Positions 18,292 through 28,299 of a stretch of DNA of 40,312 bases are shown piece after piece (positions within the stretch are counted from its first letter, which is position 1; each line of letters starts with the position of its first letter). The position numbers and the translations under genes are program-made. Under the pieces are notes generated by a model. That model did no database searches. It was not told the DNA's origin and was given only the letters and a program-made list of their open reading frames with translations. This DNA is from a virus (Duplodnaviria > Caudoviricetes). The stretch spans positions 1 to 40,312 of the IMG/VR virus record IMGVR_UViG_3300010362_000049, one strand, 5' to 3'.

Positions 18292-20737
18292 CGCGACGTT
18301 CCGCGCCGACTTTTCGTCGTTCTATGAGGCGGTGCAGAAGGCCGAGGCGTCACTGTCTACGTTCGATGGTGACGTCAACAAAGTCGAAGCGTCACTCGGC
18401 CGGATGATGGATTCATTCTCCGGCCGGCAAGTCACCGAACAAGCGGCGCTGCTCACCCGCGCGATCACCGAAGTCGGCGGTGCGTCCACCTTGACCGCCA
18501 AAGAAATGAGTCAGGTCAACGCCACCGTCACCGAAGCGATCGAGAAATACAAAGCACTCGGCCAGGAAGCACCCGCCGACATGATTGCCTTGGCCGATGC
18601 CACGAAAGGCGCCGGCACGGCGTGGGATCAATTCGTCAAGGGCTTCGACGTCAAGGCCGCGATCGCGAATCCACTGGGCACCGCGAAGGACGGACTAACG
18701 GCGCTCGCCGAAACGATGGGCCCGACCGCCACCAAAGCGATCGCGCTCGCCGGCGGAGTCACCGCCGTCGCGGGCGCCGCGCTCTCGCTGGCGAAGAATG
18801 CCGCGAGCGCGGGCGCCGCACTCGCCGACATGAGTAGTAAGACGGGGATGTCGGTTCCGCAATTGTCGAAACTCACGAACGCAGCCGAAGTCGGCGGCGT
18901 CTCGATGGAGAGTCTCCAGAATGCGGCCTTCGCACTAGAGCAGCGCATGGGCGAAGGCTCGAAGGAATTCAAAGCGGCGATCGACACGATCGGGATCAGC
19001 GCCGACCAACTCCAAGCGATGGGCGTGGATCAACGGCTGTTGACGATTGCGACGGCGCTCGACTCGATTCCCGATACGGCCAAGCGCGCGGCGACAGGCA
19101 ATGACTTACTCGGCCGAAGTTGGCGCGAAGTCGCGGGCGCCGCGGAAGACCTCGCGCGCGGCATGGAACTTACGCGGGACATCCAGCCGTGGACCGACGA
19201 GCAGGCGAAACAAGCGAAGGAATTCGAGATGCAACTGGCCTCGCTCAAGGTGCACGCCGAGGCCTTCGCGATCAGTATCGGGCAACCGCTCATCGGCCCA
19301 CTGTCGGCACTGGTGAGCGGACTCTGGGACGGCGCGAAGGCACTGAACCAATGGGTCGACCTCTCGGGCGGTATCGTCTCGATGATGGAAGGATGGAAGG
19401 AAAAATTCGACTGGGCCGGCGCCGCGTACGATCTCTTACGTGGAAAAGTCGAAAGCCCGATCAAACTCGACGCACTAGAGGAAGCGAAACGCAAATTACA
19501 GGAACTCAAGGACGCCGCCTTGGATGCCGCGAACACACCCGACAAGCTCGTCGAGAAATGGAAGAAAGGCGTCGAGGACCTGCAAATTCACGTGCCGAAA
19601 GGCACCGAGGTGCTGACGTTACTCGACACCACCGGGAAGCAGCTCGAGGAATCGACCAACAAAGCGGTCGCCGCGATGAAACCGTTCAACGATGCGATGG
19701 TCGAATTGAATTCGGTGGGCGGCAGTTATTGGCAAACGCTCGCCGGCATCGACGGGGAAACCGTCGAGGCGATCAAGTACTACCTTGAAGCCGGCGTGTC
19801 ACAAACCGCGCTCGCGAATGCCTACGGGCTGACGGCCACGCAGATTCACGCCGTCAGCGAGGCGGTCAAGGATGAAACGGAAACCCGGAAGAAACTGGCG
19901 GAGATTGAACAGAATCACGCGACCGTCAGCTTGGAAAACATCGGACGCAAAAGCACCGCGGAACTCGATTACGTGAAGGCGTCGATCGCCGGCTACGATC
20001 AATTGCACAAGCTGCAACAGGAGAATGCCGACTATGTGATGAAGCAATCGATGACGGAGAACGAATTCAAGATCACGATGATTCGTCGGTGGGAAACCGA
20101 AACGATCGCGGCGTTCAAGGGCACGACGGATCAACTTGATGCCTGGACCGCCGCAGTGCGGATGCGGGCGCAGCAACAAATCGACGCACTCACCCCGGTG
20201 AATGACATGGTGGTACTCATCGGCAAATCCGCGGCCGAGCGCGCGGCCGAGCAACAGGCCGCGGCGAGGACCACCGGCGACGTCGTGGTCGATGAATACC
20301 GCCGACAACAAGAAGCCTTCATGTCGTTTCAAGGTGTGGTCGTCGCCGGCACGAACAACATGGTGGCTGCCACGTATGCGGTGCAGACGGCGATGAGTCA
20401 AACCAGCGATACCGTGATGCGCGACTGGGCGATTCGCCAAGCCCAGATGGAACGCGGCGAGATTTTTTTGACGGGCATGAGCAGCGGGCGCCTGCCGCTG
20501 ATCACGCGCGCGGCGGGTGGACCGGTCGACGTCGGACGCACCTACTTAGTCGGCGAGCGCGGGCCCGAACTGTTTCAACCGTCGGCGTCCGGCAACATTC
20601 TGCCGACCGCATCGGGTGGCGGACTCACGATGGTCAATACGTTCAACGTCAACGGATCGATCGCTGACTTGGCGCGGCCATTGTTCGACGAACTCACGCG
20701 GATGATGAAACAAACGCGGCAATGGCCGGCGGCCTAG
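18281..20737 (+). CDS. Tape measure protein
   Basis: 818 aa helical Ala-rich protein; C-terminal RAAGGPV....YLVGERGPELF. Confidence 0.92.
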   Translation: MAVNATFRADFSSFYEAVQKAEASLSTFDGDVNKVEASLGRMMDSFSGRQVTEQAALLTRAITEVGGASTLTAKEMSQVNATVTEAIEKYKALGQEAPADMIALADATKGAGTAWDQFVKGFDVKAAIANPLGTAKDGLTALAETMGPTATKAIALAGGVTAVAGAALSLAKNAASAGAALADMSSKTGMSVPQLSKLTNAAEVGGVSMESLQNAAFALEQRMGEGSKEFKAAIDTIGISADQLQAMGVDQRLLTIATALDSIPDTAKRAATGNDLLGRSWREVAGAAEDLARGMELTRDIQPWTDEQAKQAKEFEMQLASLKVHAEAFAISIGQPLIGPLSALVSGLWDGAKALNQWVDLSGGIVSMMEGWKEKFDWAGAAYDLLRGKVESPIKLDALEEAKRKLQELKDAALDAANTPDKLVEKWKKGVEDLQIHVPKGTEVLTLLDTTGKQLEESTNKAVAAMKPFNDAMVELNSVGGSYWQTLAGIDGETVEAIKYYLEAGVSQTALANAYGLTATQIHAVSEAVKDETETRKKLAEIEQNHATVSLENIGRKSTAELDYVKASIAGYDQLHKLQQENADYVMKQSMTENEFKITMIRRWETETIAAFKGTTDQLDAWTAAVRMRAQQQIDALTPVNDMVVLIGKSAAERAAEQQAAARTTGDVVVDEYRRQQEAFMSFQGVVVAGTNNMVAATYAVQTAMSQTSDTVMRDWAIRQAQMERGEIFLTGMSSGRLPLITRAAGGPVDVGRTYLVGERGPELFQPSASGNILPTASGGGLTMVNTFNVNGSIADLARPLFDELTRMMKQTRQWPAA

Positions 20738-20741
20738 TTTC

Positions 20742-23393
20742 GTGGCTGCCACCCCAACTAGTCCACCCGTCGTCTTTCGGATCAACGGTTCGGTCACGCC
20801 GCGAGTCCGCTTTCCCGTTGTGACTCTGCACGATGTCATCGGATCGCAACCCAACACCGGATCGCTCACGATCATCAACGAAGCGGTCGACGTGGGTAGT
20901 GCAATCGAAATCGGCCTCGGCGATTTCACGGCAACCAATCTGTTATTCGGCGGGCTGATCCAAGCGCGTGATGAAACGTACGTGAGTCGACCGACGCAAC
21001 CGTGTATGCAATGGCCGGTCACGTTGATCGATTACACGTTTGCGCTCAACCGCCGACGGCCGATCATCTCGTATGTCGGCGAATCCGCCACCAGTCTGGT
21101 GAAGGATTTGATGGGCCGTTTCGCGCCGCCAGGCTATACCACGAATCACGTACAAGATGGTCTGCCAGCAGTCACGATCAACTTCGATGGTTCCGAGCCG
21201 CTCATGTCGTGCATCGCGCAGGTCGCCACGCAGATCAACGGCCGCGCGAAAATTGACTACGCGCGCGATCTGCATTTCTTTATCCCGCCAGAATCCGGCC
21301 TGGTGCCACCGGATTCAATCACGATCGTGAATCCGCCGCTCAATGATCCGCCGATTAGCTTTCACATCGATCTCTCGCAGGTGCGAACGCGAGTCATCGG
21401 ACGTGGCGCCGGCTCACAAACACCGGTCGATGTCGGCGCCAACGAAACAATCATTCCGCTCGCCGATGTCGCGATGTTTACGGCCACTGGCGGCCGCGCC
21501 GTCGGCGGCATCACCGACGCCGGCGCGAAAGGACAACCACTCACGTACACCGGCATTCGCGCGGGTGGAGGCGGGACGATCGTCGGACCGGGCGCGAGCC
21601 CCACCGCGGCGCCGAGCGTGGCTGGGCAACAAGGTACTGGACTCCTGAACGGATCGTATTGGTACGCCTATACGTGGGTCACCGCCGCGGGTGAAACCAC
21701 GCCGGGTCCGATCGGCGCGATCAATACCGGGCCCTTCGCGCCACCGAGCTCGCACCCGACGTTACCGGCCGCGGCGACAGCCGGACCGGGCCCAGATGCC
21801 GGCAGCCATCGGTACGGAATCACGTTTGTCAGTGGGAGCGGTGAAACCACCGTACTCACCTCGAGTAACAGCGTCACCACGTCGAATGATGCCACGCCGG
21901 GACCGCCGGGCACCGCCGCACAGAACGGCGGGAACAATAGCGGGCTGTGGCCTGTCGGCGCACAAGTGGCGTACGTGATGACGTATATCGATCCGGCCGG
22001 CGTGGAAACCGGAATTGGCCCGCCGAGTAACACCGTCGTCGCGACCGTCGGCAGTGGCGGCACGTTCGCGCAAAATATTCAGTTGAGCAATGTGCCGATG
22101 CCCACGCCGGGCACCACGCAAGCGAAACGGATCTATCGAAACGTCAACGGCGCCTGGACCGGCCGCGCGCATCTCAGTACCGTGGGCAGCGATCGCAATT
22201 GGGCACAGGATGGTGTCGGCGCCGATTTCACGCAGGGTACGTTTACGCCACCGCAAACCGGAATCGGTCTGCCACGCAGGACCGTGGCGATCACCGGGAT
22301 TCAAATTGGACCGGCCGGCATCACCGCGCGCCGGCTCTATCGGTCACGCGCGAATCAAACGGATCTCTTCTTAGTCACAACAATCAACGACAACACCACC
22401 ACGAGTTACACGGATACGACGGCCGATGCCGCGCTCGGCGTGGCGCCGCCACCGACAAATACCACGGCCGCGAATCAAGTCGTGATTTACAACGTGGCGA
22501 CGGGGCCATCGTCCGTCACGTCGCGCAAGATCTATCGCACTGCGGTGAATAGCAGTCAGCTCAAATTGCTACTCACGATCGCTGATAACACGACCACCGG
22601 GAATTGGACGGACGCCGCGGCTGATGGCACGCTCGGCGCCAATGCGCCCACGAGTAACACGTCGGGTCTGACTCAAGTCACCGGTCAGGTTCTGGCTGGT
22701 TCCACGTCCATCCCGACCGCCGGCACCGCGCCCTTTGCGAGCACAGGCGGATGGGTCATCACTGGGCAACAAGTCATTCGCTACACCGGCGTCAGCGGGA
22801 ACTCACTCACCGGCATTCCGGCCACCGGGCCTGGTTCGATCATCACCACGATTCCGTATAACACGCAGATTTCGCCGGCGCCCGTCTTACTCGGTGTGAC
22901 GGGCGTACTGCGCGGCATGGCGCGCGGCTCTGCGGTGCACATCCTCGTGCAACGCGATAACGTCACCGCACAAATCGCGCTCGGGCAACTCGAACGCGAT
23001 TCGACTGGGGCGCCGACTGACGGCATTCGTGAATACATGATCGTCGACGAACGCCGCTCGGAACCGAGTTTGATTGCCGTGTGCGATGCGGACCTCGCCA
23101 CGTTTGCTGATCCGACGATCGGTGTCACGTATCAGTGCCGTGATCCGAGAACTCGCGCCGGCTCGATCGTCGGCATCGCGCTGGCCTCTGGCGCCTTTTC
23201 ACCGAACGCGTTCAATCCTGGCGCATACAACACGGGATGGCTCTGGGGCTATAGCGGGTACTTCCTGATCTCGGAAGTCACGATCACGTTTGACCCCGCG
23301 CCGCAGTTGTATCCGCGGTATGCGGTCACGGCCACGTCGAATCGATTCACGTTTGCCGATCTGTTGCAGCGCGTGTTTTTACGAACGGTCTAA
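20742..23393 (+). CDS. Tail tip / baseplate hub protein with internal repeated beta modules
   Basis: Follows the TMP; hub-like ends; repeated (Y)xxT(WFY)....GET and TIxDNTTT modules. Confidence 0.75.
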   Translation: MAATPTSPPVVFRINGSVTPRVRFPVVTLHDVIGSQPNTGSLTIINEAVDVGSAIEIGLGDFTATNLLFGGLIQARDETYVSRPTQPCMQWPVTLIDYTFALNRRRPIISYVGESATSLVKDLMGRFAPPGYTTNHVQDGLPAVTINFDGSEPLMSCIAQVATQINGRAKIDYARDLHFFIPPESGLVPPDSITIVNPPLNDPPISFHIDLSQVRTRVIGRGAGSQTPVDVGANETIIPLADVAMFTATGGRAVGGITDAGAKGQPLTYTGIRAGGGGTIVGPGASPTAAPSVAGQQGTGLLNGSYWYAYTWVTAAGETTPGPIGAINTGPFAPPSSHPTLPAAATAGPGPDAGSHRYGITFVSGSGETTVLTSSNSVTTSNDATPGPPGTAAQNGGNNSGLWPVGAQVAYVMTYIDPAGVETGIGPPSNTVVATVGSGGTFAQNIQLSNVPMPTPGTTQAKRIYRNVNGAWTGRAHLSTVGSDRNWAQDGVGADFTQGTFTPPQTGIGLPRRTVAITGIQIGPAGITARRLYRSRANQTDLFLVTTINDNTTTSYTDTTADAALGVAPPPTNTTAANQVVIYNVATGPSSVTSRKIYRTAVNSSQLKLLLTIADNTTTGNWTDAAADGTLGANAPTSNTSGLTQVTGQVLAGSTSIPTAGTAPFASTGGWVITGQQVIRYTGVSGNSLTGIPATGPGSIITTIPYNTQISPAPVLLGVTGVLRGMARGSAVHILVQRDNVTAQIALGQLERDSTGAPTDGIREYMIVDERRSEPSLIAVCDADLATFADPTIGVTYQCRDPRTRAGSIVGIALASGAFSPNAFNPGAYNTGWLWGYSGYFLISEVTITFDPAPQLYPRYAVTATSNRFTFADLLQRVFLRTV

Positions 23394-23396
23394 CCA

Positions 23397-24107
23397 ATGG
23401 CGACGAATGCGGGCACGATTCATCATCGACATCAATCGCTCGTACCGCCGGCCGGCGCGGACATCGATACGCCGCAGTGGAACGATAGCGAGGTGATGGC
23501 CGGCGGGCTCAATGGTCAGGTCTGTATGCGCGATGCCGGCCAACCGGATGGCTGGGGCTGGGGCAGCGTGGCCGCGCTCGATTCGCCGGCACTCACCGGC
23601 ACGCCGACGGCGCCCACCGCCGCGGCCGGCACAAACACCACGCAGATCGCGACCACGGCCTTCGTGCAGAGCGCGATGCCTGGCGGTACGCGCGGCAGCG
23701 TCTATCACTCGGCCGTCCAATCGATCGCGAGTGCGACGTGGACGGTGCTCGCGTTTGATAGTGCGTTCTATGCGCTCGCCGGCATCGGCAGCGGCGGCAC
23801 CTACCTCGTGGTTCCAGCGTCCGGCATTTATCTGGTACATGCCGCGGTGAGTTTTGCGGGCAATGCGACCGGCGAACGTGGCGTCTCCTTTCAGCGGAAT
23901 CAGAGCGGATTCGAGCGCACGACTTACATGCTCGGGATGAATATGGCGGCAGGTGTGCCGCAAGTGTTATCGGTGTCCGATCTGGTGAGTCTCAACGCGA
24001 ACGATCGGTATGGCGTGCAGGCGTATCAAATCAGCGGTGCCAACCTGTCGACCGGCAGTACGAATCTCACGTACCCGAATCGGTTTTTCATGGTCCGGTT
24101 ATTCTGA
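23397..24107 (+). CDS. Tail fibre / receptor-binding protein with C1q-like C-terminus
   Basis: SPALTGTPTAPTAAAGTNTTQIATTAFV fibre motif; VPASGIYLVHA. Confidence 0.8.
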   Translation: MATNAGTIHHRHQSLVPPAGADIDTPQWNDSEVMAGGLNGQVCMRDAGQPDGWGWGSVAALDSPALTGTPTAPTAAAGTNTTQIATTAFVQSAMPGGTRGSVYHSAVQSIASATWTVLAFDSAFYALAGIGSGGTYLVVPASGIYLVHAAVSFAGNATGERGVSFQRNQSGFERTTYMLGMNMAAGVPQVLSVSDLVSLNANDRYGVQAYQISGANLSTGSTNLTYPNRFFMVRLF

Positions 24108-24119
24108 GGCTGTGATCGA

Positions 24120-24338
24120 TTACGGCACTCCGCCGAATTCGTCGGGATCATAGGCGCCAGGCGCCGGCACGATCGGCGCGAGGCCGCGCGCCATGCGCGA
24201 CTGATTGATTTCATTGAGGCACGTCCGACAGACCGGCTCACGCGTCGCGTCGATCGTTTGACTCGGCACGCTGAACGGATTGTACGAAAACAATCGCAGG
24301 CAGCGGTAACACGGGCCGATCACATAGACAAATGCCAT
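24120..24338 (-). CDS. Small zinc-finger protein
   Basis: CYRC...FSYNP...REPVCRTC; ATG at 24338. Confidence 0.6.
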   Translation of the reverse strand: MAFVYVIGPCYRCLRLFSYNPFSVPSQTIDATREPVCRTCLNEINQSRMARGLAPIVPAPGAYDPDEFGGVP

Positions 24339-24694
24339 TACCCGACCTCGCACCGACTGAGCCGGATGCCGGCACCCGTCGGTATCAGACCGCCATGCTG
24401 ACCGTGGCGAGTAAGGTGGAACGGGCACTCGCGGTCACAAGCGATCGGCGCGTCAATCACGTCTGGGAGTATACGCAATCGGTGATTGCGATCCTCGTGG
24501 TGATGACCACGTGCGGCGGAGTCGTTGCGCTGTCGACGTGGCATAGCGAAGCGCGGATGCCGCCGGAATGGTGGACGATCGTCGGCCTGGTAATCGGGTT
24601 CTACTTCGGACGGACGCGGCCGGCCGCGGGCAGCTCGCCGGCGCCGGCACCGCGGACCGGACAGGAACGCGAGCGCGCGAGCGATACCAAGTAA
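24332..24694 (+). CDS. Holin-like two-TM membrane protein
   Basis: Two hydrophobic segments, VIGFYFG, charged C-terminus; after the tail genes. Confidence 0.65.
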   Translation: MPLPDLAPTEPDAGTRRYQTAMLTVASKVERALAVTSDRRVNHVWEYTQSVIAILVVMTTCGGVVALSTWHSEARMPPEWWTIVGLVIGFYFGRTRPAAGSSPAPAPRTGQERERASDTK

Positions 24695-24699
24695 GCGAG

Positions 24700-26382
24700 T
24701 CACGCCACGACTAAATCGGGATCGTCGGCGACGGGCGCCGCGGTGAGGCGTAACAGGATGTTCCAGGCGATCGCGAGCGCCACGATCGGATCGATGCGGC
24801 CGCGGCTGCGTTTCTTCGCCGGCAGGATATTGTCTTTGTCGTCACGTTTCACCACGATGTTACTCGCCGCCCACTCCATCACCGGGCAAGCGCCGGCATT
24901 GACCGCGCCGGCGAGCACTTCCGCTTCAAGCTCCTTACAGCCGCTCGACATACCCGCGTAGGTTTGCGACACCTCGAGGATCTGATCCTCACTGAATCCG
25001 TCTTCCTCTTGGAGTGCGACTTCTAACTGATCGGCATGCCAAGGATCGAAGCCGACCGCTTGAATCACCGCGAGCGCGGCGAGCTGCGCGAGCGCATCGC
25101 GAATCACCTGATGATTCACCTTGGTCCCAGGCACCGCGATCAGATGTCCCGCTTCGACCCATTGCGGATACGGCGCCCGATCACGATGCGCGCGATCCTC
25201 TAACGTGTCGGCCGGCGTCCAAATCCATCGGAGCACGCGCCACTGACTCACGTTCGGTGTCGGTGGAAACAACGCCGTCATCGCGCACAAGTCGAGTTTC
25301 GAGGCGAGGTCGATGCCGACGGCGCACGGCTGACCGCGCAGGTCCTCGCGCGCCCACGTGCGCGATTGACCTTTGCGCCAGCCATCGAGCGATAGCCACG
25401 GCTGACTCGTGTGCACCCAGATGTTCAACCGTTTCTGTTTGTAGGCCGCGGCCGCGGCGGGAATGCCTTGTGCCTTGCGCACTAACGCCGCGAGATCATC
25501 GGGCTTCACTGAGACGCCGTAGTTGGGATTCGCCTTGCGCGCGGTTTTCAGACTCGTCCAATCGTCTGACGGATCGGCGTGAGCGATGAACGCGAAGTAC
25601 GTATCATCGACTAACACGCGCTCAAGGATCTGACACGCATAGTGGTGCTCCTGCCCGCACGGTGAATTCGGATCGTCACCCGCCGTCGTGATCTTGAAGA
25701 CGATCGGTTGACGGCGCGCACCCGTCGACGTTTCGAGCACGTCGATCATGCCGCGCGTTTTGTACTTGTGAATTTCATCCAGACTGAGAAAGTGAATGTT
25801 GAGGCCGTCGAGTGAATCTTCGTCGGCGCCAAGTGGTTCGAGCTTCGACGCACTCACGTCGCGATAGAGGTTCGACATCAGCACCGCGATGCGGGTGCGC
25901 AACCCGCTCGTGAGCACTAACCGCTTCGCATCGTTGAAAACGATCCGCGCCTGGTCTTTCTTCGTCGCCGCGCAGTACCCTTCGGCACCGGGCTCGCCGT
26001 CGAAGAATGTGGCGTAGACGGCGACCACCGCATCCTCAAGCGACTTCCCTTGTTTGCGCGGTAGCTCGTTGTACGAATGCCGGAACCGTCGCAACCCGCT
26101 ATCACGATGCACCCATCCGAAGAGTGAGCCGAGGCGGTACTGTTGATGCGGCTGCCAGCGAATGAACTGACCGGCCCACTCACCTTTGTAGTGCTTCAAC
26201 TGCTCGCCGAAACGCAGGAAGCGATCGGCGCGATCGAGGTCTAGCAGATACGAAAACCGGCGGGTGCCTTCACGCCGGCGATCGTACTCGTGCCGCTCGC
26301 ACGCGAGGCGATGATACTTACCGGCCGGCACTTTGCCACTGACGACGCTGCGGACATAGGCGTCGATCGGGTGCCGCGCCAT
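24700..26382 (-). CDS. terL: Terminase large subunit
   Basis: Walker A PRKQGKS, Walker B LSLDEIH, ITTAG, GIDLASKLDL, RIDPIVA. Confidence 0.96.
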   Translation of the reverse strand: MARHPIDAYVRSVVSGKVPAGKYHRLACERHEYDRRREGTRRFSYLLDLDRADRFLRFGEQLKHYKGEWAGQFIRWQPHQQYRLGSLFGWVHRDSGLRRFRHSYNELPRKQGKSLEDAVVAVYATFFDGEPGAEGYCAATKKDQARIVFNDAKRLVLTSGLRTRIAVLMSNLYRDVSASKLEPLGADEDSLDGLNIHFLSLDEIHKYKTRGMIDVLETSTGARRQPIVFKITTAGDDPNSPCGQEHHYACQILERVLVDDTYFAFIAHADPSDDWTSLKTARKANPNYGVSVKPDDLAALVRKAQGIPAAAAAYKQKRLNIWVHTSQPWLSLDGWRKGQSRTWAREDLRGQPCAVGIDLASKLDLCAMTALFPPTPNVSQWRVLRWIWTPADTLEDRAHRDRAPYPQWVEAGHLIAVPGTKVNHQVIRDALAQLAALAVIQAVGFDPWHADQLEVALQEEDGFSEDQILEVSQTYAGMSSGCKELEAEVLAGAVNAGACPVMEWAASNIVVKRDDKDNILPAKKRSRGRIDPIVALAIAWNILLRLTAAPVADDPDLVVA

Positions 26383-26396
26383 GATCGCGGCCTCAA

Positions 26397-26903
26397 CTAA
26401 TTCGAGCGCCGCGGGCCTGGCGGTGCCGGCGGCATCGGCTGATCGAATTCACTAAATGGATCGTCGGCGGGCGGGCGAGTCACAGTCACGCGCGATCGAC
26501 TCGACGGCGTGAGCCCAAGTTCCGGCCAGAGCCGCGCACACCCGGCGAGCGCCTTTGTCGCGATCGACAGATACGGATTCGGAATCGGGTACCCGTTCGG
26601 CGTACTGACGACTAAGCCGGCGGTGCGGACCTTCGCCGTCGCATCGAGGTACCGCGCCCATTCGAGACAGAGCGCGAGCAGCGCGGCACGATCGGCATTC
26701 GTGATCTGGCGGGCCTGGACTAACAGCGGCGCCAACCGCTGCCATTCGGCGAGCGCCAGCGGCGCATCGACTAACTCCGCCGGCGGTGTCAGAAAGGCGT
26801 CGTCACTCACGGCCGGCTTGGGCTCGTCTGGATTGGTGCCGCGTTTACCGGGATAGCCCGCGAGTTCTTTGCGCCAGGACGGCAGCGGTTTACGACCGCG
26901 CAT
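26397..26903 (-). CDS. terS: Terminase small subunit (P27 family)
   Basis: MRGRKP, W..LAP.L, NPYL, ELGLTPSSRSR. Confidence 0.92.
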   Translation of the reverse strand: MRGRKPLPSWRKELAGYPGKRGTNPDEPKPAVSDDAFLTPPAELVDAPLALAEWQRLAPLLVQARQITNADRAALLALCLEWARYLDATAKVRTAGLVVSTPNGYPIPNPYLSIATKALAGCARLWPELGLTPSSRSRVTVTRPPADDPFSEFDQPMPPAPPGPRRSN

Positions 26904-27633
26904 GATCGACTGACAAGGGAATCACCCGCGGCCGCGGGTACTCACGCACGATCGTGCCGGCGAGATAGATGCCCATCTCGGTGCGCGGCGCCGCCGACTG
27001 TTTGAAGAAAAATGCCACGCGGGCCCGCTTGGACTTCTCCCGGAGCTCGCGCACCCACGCATGATCCATCGGCCGATACCGCGGGCCCGACTCACCGCCG
27101 ACGATCAGCCAATCGATGCCGCGCAGGTCGAGCGATGGCAGCGGACTAAGTAGCGGCTCGGCCGAGATGAAGCGCACCGCCGCGGGAATCGAGCGCAGAC
27201 GATCGGCGCGGTACGTGAAGCGGTCATTCTCGATGCTCACACCGAGCCACACGTTTGGATAGCCAGAGCCCCAGTCACGTGGCAGGTTCGCGGCGATGCG
27301 ATCGTCACGTTTCGTCAGGATCTGGAAGTGCAGCGACGGACACGACTTGATGATCGCCCAGGCCTCGTCGCGCCACGGATCGGCGTCGACGTGAAACCAA
27401 TCGCTCCACGAACAGGTAAAGACGCGCTCGATGCGGCCGGCCGCGGCCGCGGCGAGCTGCCACTTGCGCGGCTGACCCCAGGTCTGACAGCGAGTCACGA
27501 TCTCCGGGTCACGTCCGTACCGGCGCTGCGCGGTGAACATGTAGCAGTGCGCGCAGCCGGGACTCACTTTGGTGCAGCCGCGCCACGGGTTCCACGTGCG
27601 GTCCGTCCACGCGATGATCGTCTCGTCACTCAT
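26890..27633 (-). CDS. DUF5131 / Gp37-Gp68 family (radical-SAM-like)
   Basis: TWNPWRGCTKVSPGCAHCY (CX6CX2C), QILTKR, NVWLGVS, ISAEPLL, IVGGESG. Confidence 0.9.
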   Translation of the reverse strand: MSDETIIAWTDRTWNPWRGCTKVSPGCAHCYMFTAQRRYGRDPEIVTRCQTWGQPRKWQLAAAAAGRIERVFTCSWSDWFHVDADPWRDEAWAIIKSCPSLHFQILTKRDDRIAANLPRDWGSGYPNVWLGVSIENDRFTYRADRLRSIPAAVRFISAEPLLSPLPSLDLRGIDWLIVGGESGPRYRPMDHAWVRELREKSKRARVAFFFKQSAAPRTEMGIYLAGTIVREYPRPRVIPLSVDHARS

Positions 27634-27908
27634 GACAGCATGTCCCGGCGCGGATCGTCGCCGGCCTCGATGACTGATAGCGCCGCAGGGCACTGCGCAA
27701 AGTATTTGCGCCCATGTTCGACAAACGTGCGAATGAATCGCTGATGATCCTTCGACAGGCGCGGGTGTCGCGCGGCTAACTGTAACAAGCCGATGCAACG
27801 GAGCATCGATTGCGGCGAGAAGACGAACTCACATGGGCCGAGGTTCTCTATCTCGCGCGTGAGCGCCGCGATGAGACGATCGGCCTGAACGTTCAGATCG
27901 TCACTCAT
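27630..27908 (-). CDS. Hypothetical protein
   Basis: Start MSDDLN at 27908; LLQLAARHP; ATGA-coupled. Confidence 0.6.
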   Translation of the reverse strand: MSDDLNVQADRLIAALTREIENLGPCEFVFSPQSMLRCIGLLQLAARHPRLSKDHQRFIRTFVEHGRKYFAQCPAALSVIEAGDDPRRDMLS

Positions 27909-28204
27909 CGACGTTTGCCTTTCTTCGACGGCGAGGCCTGCGCGAGCGCGTGTACCTCGGCGCGGGTTTGCCAGCGCCAGGCGTGTGCACCGCACGTCGT
28001 GTCGAGCGCGCGATCGACGTGCCCGCCGTAGACGCGCTCACCGCAGTGCACGCAGACGCGGCGCGGCCGGCCGGCACGTTGCGCATTCATCTTACGCGCG
28101 CGTACTTGCTTCGGGGTATTCCGACTGCCACCCATGCGCCCGATCTCTGACGCGGTGAGCGGGGTTCCTGGAACGGACTGAGTGACGTTAGTTTTCTTTG
28201 ACAT
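27905..28204 (-). CDS. Small basic protein with KGG-like motif and Cys cluster
   Basis: ASEIGRMGG...CVHCG. Confidence 0.6.
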   Translation of the reverse strand: MSKKTNVTQSVPGTPLTASEIGRMGGSRNTPKQVRARKMNAQRAGRPRRVCVHCGERVYGGHVDRALDTTCGAHAWRWQTRAEVHALAQASPSKKGKRR

Positions 28205-28299
28205 AGTGAGCGGTGAGATTATACATGCAATCTAACAAGCGACTAACAGGACCTCGAGCAAGGCCGCCCGGCCTGGTGTGACCTGTCCTGTCACTCGAC

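Noticed and set aside
9226-23963. Numerous alternative-frame and antisense ORFs within structural genes
   Set aside because: Shadow ORFs typical of high-GC DNA, Arg/Ala/Ser-rich with no motifs
14531-24107. Diversity-generating retroelement or invertible fibre cassette
   Set aside because: No reverse transcriptase or invertase and no adenine-specific TR/VR pair; the fibre repeat differs mostly at synonymous positions
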